From assembly GCA_045604645.1 (NCBI GenBank), contig JAZUOM010000001.1, positions 8,426 to 72,425 on the forward strand: a stretch of DNA of 64,000 nt, read 5' to 3'. Position 1 is the first letter of the stretch. Each line of letters starts with the position of its first letter. Both the position numbers and the translations under genes were made by a program. Below the pieces are notes generated by a model. The model had not been told where the DNA came from and searched no databases. It saw only the letters and a list, made by a program, of their open reading frames with translations. This document shows, one piece after another, positions 59,438 to 64,000 of this stretch. This stretch comes from Ruminococcus sp. Lineage in GTDB: Bacteria; Bacillota; Clostridia; Oscillospirales; Acutalibacteraceae.

Positions 59438-60340
59438 TTAAATGTGAATAATTTCTCTTTCTAAAATATATCCGGTTTCTGTTTTGACGGTATCCTGCAC
59501 AAAGCGTATGAGGTTAAGCACATCTTCGCAAGTGGCATCGCCGACATTAATGATAAAGCCAGCGTGCTTTTGTGACACCTGTGCACCGCCGATGGTCTTG
59601 CCCTTGAGTCCGCATTTTTCGATAAGTGTACCTGCAAAATTGCCGACTGGTCTTTTAAATACACTTCCGGCACTTGGATACTCAAGCGGCTGCTTAGTTT
59701 TGCGACGATTCATAAAATCGTCCATCTTTGCTTTAATATCATCAGCATCTGCTTTTTTCAGTTCTACCGTTACATATAGAATAATGTTGTTATTAGTTTT
59801 GTATACGCTGTGTCTGTAGGATAAATCAAGTTTATCGGCAGGTAAAGTTTCAACCACTCCATCAGGTGTGATGTGGGTAACAGAAACCATCACGTCTTTC
59901 ATCTCTCCGTCATATGCACCTGCGTTCATAAAAGCGGCACCACCAACAGAGCCCGGTATGCCATAAGCAAACTCAAGTCCTGACAAAGAATGTGAAAGTG
60001 CATAAGTACACAGTTTTGCAAGATTCACACCTGCACCCGCTGTGATTGTATTTTCTTTTATAGAAATATCCTTGAAATCACCCTCAAGTGACAGCACCAC
60101 ACCCTGCATACCGCTGTCAGATATCAGCAGGTTGCTACCCTTGCCGATAATAAAAAGCGGGATGTTGTTTTGCTTTACGGCTTTTAAAACTGCAGCAAGC
60201 TGGTCTGTGTTGTAAACCGAAACAAACATCTGGGCATTGCCGCCGATTTTGAATGTGGTGTGTTTTTTCAGTGGCTCGTTTTCGATATAGTCAAAGCCGT
60301 GAACACCTGATAAATCTCTGATTATCTGAAGGTCGTACAT
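59438..60340 (-). CDS. murB: UDP-N-acetylenolpyruvoylglucosamine reductase
   Basis: HTTFKIGG, G.GSN, GIPGSVGG...MNAGAY, QPL..PSAGSVFK, KHAGF. Confidence 0.97.
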   Translation of the reverse strand: MYDLQIIRDLSGVHGFDYIENEPLKKHTTFKIGGNAQMFVSVYNTDQLAAVLKAVKQNNIPLFIIGKGSNLLISDSGMQGVVLSLEGDFKDISIKENTITAGAGVNLAKLCTYALSHSLSGLEFAYGIPGSVGGAAFMNAGAYDGEMKDVMVSVTHITPDGVVETLPADKLDLSYRHSVYKTNNNIILYVTVELKKADADDIKAKMDDFMNRRKTKQPLEYPSAGSVFKRPVGNFAGTLIEKCGLKGKTIGGAQVSQKHAGFIINVGDATCEDVLNLIRFVQDTVKTETGYILEREIIHI

Positions 60341-60350
60341 AAATCCTCCG

Positions 60351-61073
60351 TTAAAAATTGATATTTTTCTCTAAAAAGTAAGCCTGAAGGTTTGAGATGC
60401 TTGAGTTGACGACAAGTTCGCTTGGAAAATCAATTTCCTCAAGCAGCTTCAGCGCAAAAGGAAACTCGCCTACTTTATCAGCAATATGTGCATCTGTATC
60501 AACAACAATCCGTGCACAATGCTTTTTGCAAAGCTGAGCGATTTTTCTGCAGTTATCAACAGAGTCCTTGCGAAAACCTGTAAATGTACCGTTATTAATC
60601 TCAACAAGGGTTGAGGTCTGGGCGCATCGTTTGATAACAGTTTCAAAGTCGTATGCGTAGTATGGAGAGCCGCTGTGCCCGATTACGTGCACGTTTGGAT
60701 TGTCGCATAGGTTCAAGTAAGCGTTTGTGCATTTTTCGACACTTGGTTTTTTGAGCAGTGTAATGTTGTGCATTGATGCTACTACCCAGTCGAGCGTGGA
60801 CAACAGTTTGTCAGTTGCGTCAAGCGAGCCATCGTAATCAATGATATTTGCTTCCATACCTTTGAGTATCCTGACATTAAACAGCTCGTCAGGCACAAGT
60901 GACAGACTCTCAAAATAATATGCACCCGGTGCACCCTCCATCGCTCTGCCGTGGTCAGTTATAGCAATAGCATACATGCCCTTTTTAGAGGCAGCCTGAG
61001 CCATTTCGGTTATGGTTGAAAAAGCATGCGTGCAGGCATTTGTGTGCATGTGTAAATCTGCGATTATGTTCAT
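60351..61073 (-). CDS. PHP-domain phosphatase (YcdX-like)
   Basis: DLHMHT..C.HA.ST, ITDHG, GMEANI, IGH, EINN, DAH. Confidence 0.9.
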   Translation of the reverse strand: MNIIADLHMHTNACTHAFSTITEMAQAASKKGMYAIAITDHGRAMEGAPGAYYFESLSLVPDELFNVRILKGMEANIIDYDGSLDATDKLLSTLDWVVASMHNITLLKKPSVEKCTNAYLNLCDNPNVHVIGHSGSPYYAYDFETVIKRCAQTSTLVEINNGTFTGFRKDSVDNCRKIAQLCKKHCARIVVDTDAHIADKVGEFPFALKLLEEIDFPSELVVNSSISNLQAYFLEKNINF

Positions 61074-61077
61074 TTTA

Positions 61078-62043
61078 TCACCAATTTGTATCAATAATCT
61101 TCTTGCCGATATCGTCAGGGCTGATATCCATACCAAGGTTTTGGAGCAATTCTCGTGCTCCGTTGTAGCCCATTTTCTTCTGACGCTGGTTCATAGCCGC
61201 TACCTCAATTATGATTGCGAGGTTTCGACCAGGTTTTACAGGAATTGTAACTACAGGTACTTCTATACCCAAAATCTCCATATACTCGTTATCCATACCC
61301 ATTCTGTCATAAACCTTAGTAGAATCCCACAGCTCCATATTGATTACCATATCAATCTTTTCGCTCATCTTAACAGCACCCATACCAAAAATACGACGGG
61401 CGTTTATAATGCCGATACCGCGAAGTTCAATAAAATGGCGGATATTTTCAGGTGATGAGCCTACGAGCGATTTTTTTGAAACACGCTTAATCTCAACAGC
61501 ATCATCAGCGATAAGTCTGTGTCCACGCTTGATAAGCTCAATGGCGGTTTCTGACTTACCTACACCACTGTTACCGATAAGTAAGCATCCCTCGCCGTAA
61601 ACCTCGACCAATACACCATGACGTGTGATGCGTGGTGCAAGCTCTACGTTAAGAAAAGATACAAGTGCTGCAGTGAGTGCAGAAGTATCATCAGTTGTGG
61701 TTAATACAGGAACCTCGTATTTTGTCGCACAATCTATCATAGTCTGCGAAGGAGTGATATCACGCGCAATGATAACTGCCGGTGGTCTGCGAGAAAGTAT
61801 AGGCTCAATATGCTTGTTTCTTTCTTCTTCGCTTAATTCTCTTAAAAAAGTGTATTCTGTCTTACCCAAAACGACTATCTGAGTATCATCAAAATGTTCA
61901 AGATGTCCTACAAGCTGAAGTCCCGGCCTGTCGATACTACTTGAGTAAACAAACAGTTGTTCAGGGTCTGACGGCATATAGTACTCCTTGAGTCCTATTT
62001 CATCAATAATTTTCTTTAATGATACGCTGTATTCTTTATTCAT
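61078..62043 (-). CDS. hprK: HPr kinase/phosphorylase
   Basis: RPGLQL, HGVLV, G.SGVGKSE, ADDAV, ELRGIGII, PGRNLA.IIEVAA. Confidence 0.97.
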   Translation of the reverse strand: MNKEYSVSLKKIIDEIGLKEYYMPSDPEQLFVYSSSIDRPGLQLVGHLEHFDDTQIVVLGKTEYTFLRELSEEERNKHIEPILSRRPPAVIIARDITPSQTMIDCATKYEVPVLTTTDDTSALTAALVSFLNVELAPRITRHGVLVEVYGEGCLLIGNSGVGKSETAIELIKRGHRLIADDAVEIKRVSKKSLVGSSPENIRHFIELRGIGIINARRIFGMGAVKMSEKIDMVINMELWDSTKVYDRMGMDNEYMEILGIEVPVVTIPVKPGRNLAIIIEVAAMNQRQKKMGYNGARELLQNLGMDISPDDIGKKIIDTNW

Positions 62044-62197
62044 ATACTACACCGACTTTCTGTTACAATTTTGCATACTTATACAGATTCAATTATACTC
62101 CCATATATTATGTTTATAAACCTATTAAAGAACATTTAAATATTTTATGCATAAATTTGCATATTTTTTCCACGATATTTTATATATTCTGGGCTTT

Positions 62198-62226
62198 GAA
62201 TATGCAAAATATTCCTGCACATAATA
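62198..62226 (+). promoter_or_regulatory. Putative sigma-G (forespore) promoter for the DUF421-DUF4363 pair
   Basis: GAATA-N17-CATAATA followed by GAGGTG RBS. Confidence 0.6.
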
Positions 62227-62240
62227 TATGAGGTGATTTT

Positions 62241-62696
62241 ATGCTGATTTCTCTTATTCGTACCATACTTTTGTACGCTTTTATTATTCTTGCAGTAAGA
62301 ATAATGGGCAAACGTCAAATCAGCGATATGCAAACATCTGAGCTTGTGATTACGCTGGTCATTTCTGACATTGCCGCAATACCTATGCAAAATGTTGAAC
62401 AGCCGATAGTAAGTGGTCTGTTGCCGATTGCTGTGCTCGTATCACTTGAGATTATTTTGAGTGTAATTATGCTTAAAAGTTCAAAATTTCGGAAGATAAT
62501 ATGTGGAAATCCTGTTATTATAATCAGCAACGGTAAAATACTGCATAATCAACTCAAAAAACTAAGAATAAGCTACGAGGATTTGTACAGCCTTTTAAGA
62601 CAACAGGAAGTTTTTGACGTAAACGATGTAAAGCACGGGATAATAGAAACAAACGGCAGTCTGAGTCTGCTCAGATATAAGGAGAATGAAAATTGA
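62241..62696 (+). CDS. DUF421 (YetF-like) membrane protein
   Basis: R.MGKRQI, ELV.....S..A..P, G.P...I.NG, LR, IE.NG.LS. Confidence 0.9.
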   Translation: MLISLIRTILLYAFIILAVRIMGKRQISDMQTSELVITLVISDIAAIPMQNVEQPIVSGLLPIAVLVSLEIILSVIMLKSSKFRKIICGNPVIIISNGKILHNQLKKLRISYEDLYSLLRQQEVFDVNDVKHGIIETNGSLSLLRYKENEN

Positions 62697-63073
62697 AAAG
62701 AATATGGGTTGCAACAGCACTGCTCATTATTGCATTTATATTCAGTGTAACCGAATTTATCTATGTAGATATATGCTACAACAAATACACAAAGTTACTC
62801 AAAGACTGTAAAAACTATATTTCTACTAAAGAATATAGTGACGCATATGAAACGTGTAAACACACTCTGTCAGAATGGGAAAACACAGAAAAAACTCTGA
62901 ATATTTTTTTGATTCACGGCGAGGTGGATTCGATAACTGAAAGCATCGCACAGCTTAAAATATGTGCAAAAAACAATGATACTAAGCAGTTTGATATTCT
63001 GTATGAAAAAGCAAAAAGGCAGCTGCTTTCCATAAAGAAAAGCGAACTGCCTGTTTTTGAAAATATATTATAA
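62693..63073 (+). CDS. DUF4363 family protein
   Basis: N-terminal TM, W.......FL.H.E.D.I, C-terminal E.P..ENIL; coupled to DUF421 gene. Confidence 0.75.
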   Translation: MKRIWVATALLIIAFIFSVTEFIYVDICYNKYTKLLKDCKNYISTKEYSDAYETCKHTLSEWENTEKTLNIFLIHGEVDSITESIAQLKICAKNNDTKQFDILYEKAKRQLLSIKKSELPVFENIL

Positions 63074-63090
63074 TTTTGTGAAAAGTTATA

Positions 63091-63999
63091 TTACTTTTCT
63101 TTTCTCTTCTGCCACATAACCCACAATGGACCTGCGATACACAGTGATGAATAGCAACCTGAGATTACACCAATCATCATTGGCAGAGCAAAGCTCTGTA
63201 CTGAACCAAGACCAAAGATTACTGCAACAACATAAACTGTACCGATAGCTGTAAGTGTTGTGATAGATGTGAAAATTGTACGTGACATTACAGTTGATGC
63301 ACTGTGGTTGAATACATCAGCGATGTCAGCCTTTGGACCTGCAAGCTTGCGCTCTTCTCTGACTCTGTCGTAGATAACGATTGTGTCGTTAAGTGAATAA
63401 CCGAGAATCATAAGTACAACAGCGATAAAGTTAGAGTCGATAGGCATACGGAAGATAACGTACATGAAGTAAATCATAGCAACATCGTGGAAAAGTGCCA
63501 CAAGTGCCATAACACCTGCTGACAAACCGCCGATACGTTTGAATCTGATTGTTACATAAAGTACCATCAGAACAGAAGCGATAAGTACAGCAGTAAGACA
63601 TTTGAGCAGGAATTTTGAACCCATTGATGCCTCAACTGATACTGACTCATTATACTTGAAGTTGTTGTCAGCAAAAGTTGTTGTCAAAGCCTTTGTGATA
63701 GCATCCTGCTGAGTAGTATCAATAGCTTCTTCACCGGAGAAGTTGATGTCAACGTTCTTAGTGTTGTCGTTAATGTTCTTTGATACCGTAAAAGTAACTA
63801 CGTTGTTAGGAGTAGCGTTCTGGATAGTATCCTTGAGCAGGTTTTCGTCAATGTCGCCTGTGAAACTGTACGAAATAATCGCACCACCCTTGAACTGAAT
63901 ATCAAGTGTTGCACCAAAAATAATATTACAGATAAGTCCGATGAGTATGATACCCAGCGAGATGCCAAAGAAAATCTTTCTGCGACCAATAAAATTGAT
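63091..63999 (-). CDS. secF: Protein translocase subunit SecF (or SecDF C-terminal part), 5'-truncated by window edge
   Basis: Frame open to window end (INFIGRRKIFF...DIQFKGG); Y..IRF, AL.HD, GYSLNDTIVIYDRVRE, RT..TS.TT. Confidence 0.93.
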   Translation of the reverse strand: MNFIGRRKIFFGISLGIILIGLICNIIFGATLDIQFKGGAIISYSFTGDIDENLLKDTIQNATPNNVVTFTVSKNINDNTKNVDINFSGEEAIDTTQQDAITKALTTTFADNNFKYNESVSVEASMGSKFLLKCLTAVLIASVLMVLYVTIRFKRIGGLSAGVMALVALFHDVAMIYFMYVIFRMPIDSNFIAVVLMILGYSLNDTIVIYDRVREERKLAGPKADIADVFNHSASTVMSRTIFTSITTLTAIGTVYVVAVIFGLGSVQSFALPMMIGVISGCYSSLCIAGPLWVMWQKRKEK

Positions 64000-64000
64000 G

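Noticed and set aside
63798-63989. Separate 63-aa ORF upstream of the secF fragment
   Set aside because: Out-of-frame overlap; the SecF frame is open from the window end to 63091

Overview
A ~38% GC chromosomal segment from a spore-forming Bacillota, most likely Oscillospirales related to the dockerin-bearing Ruminococcus bromii group. That placement is inferred from dockerin enzymes, AddAB, SpoIIR/YabP/YabQ, CIRCE and a clostridial-type 6S RNA. Most genes lie on the minus strand and are core housekeeping. They include addBA, spoIIR, ispE, nadE, groES-groEL, ackA/tmcAL and a ~26 kb co-oriented block: hprK-PHP-murB-rapZ-whiA-xseB-ispA-dxs-tlyA-nadK-argR-recN-recJ-rel-dtd-MBL-hemZ-yabM-mazG-hup-yabO-yabP-yabQ-divIC-S1-hpf-THUMP MTase-cysK. 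The window ends in a partial secF. I see no tRNA/rRNA, CRISPR array, prophage, transposase or recognisable defence system. The most unusual items are: (i) two secreted proteins with similar dockerins, a GH13 amylase-CBM26-dockerin (amylosome-like) and a multidomain cell-wall protein (S11 DD-peptidase with an SGC motif, Ig-like, apparently inactive GH25, Fn3-like, dockerin); (ii) a regulatory layout seen three times (yabP, spoIIR, nadE) in which a gene's own promoter -10 sits in the 5' arm of a hairpin that would block or terminate read-through; (iii) an operon-embedded 6S RNA, a stand-alone priming-transferase/O-antigen-ligase pair, and divergent active-site motifs in the cysK- and gpsA-like genes. 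All calls come from reading motifs by eye; no database search was run.
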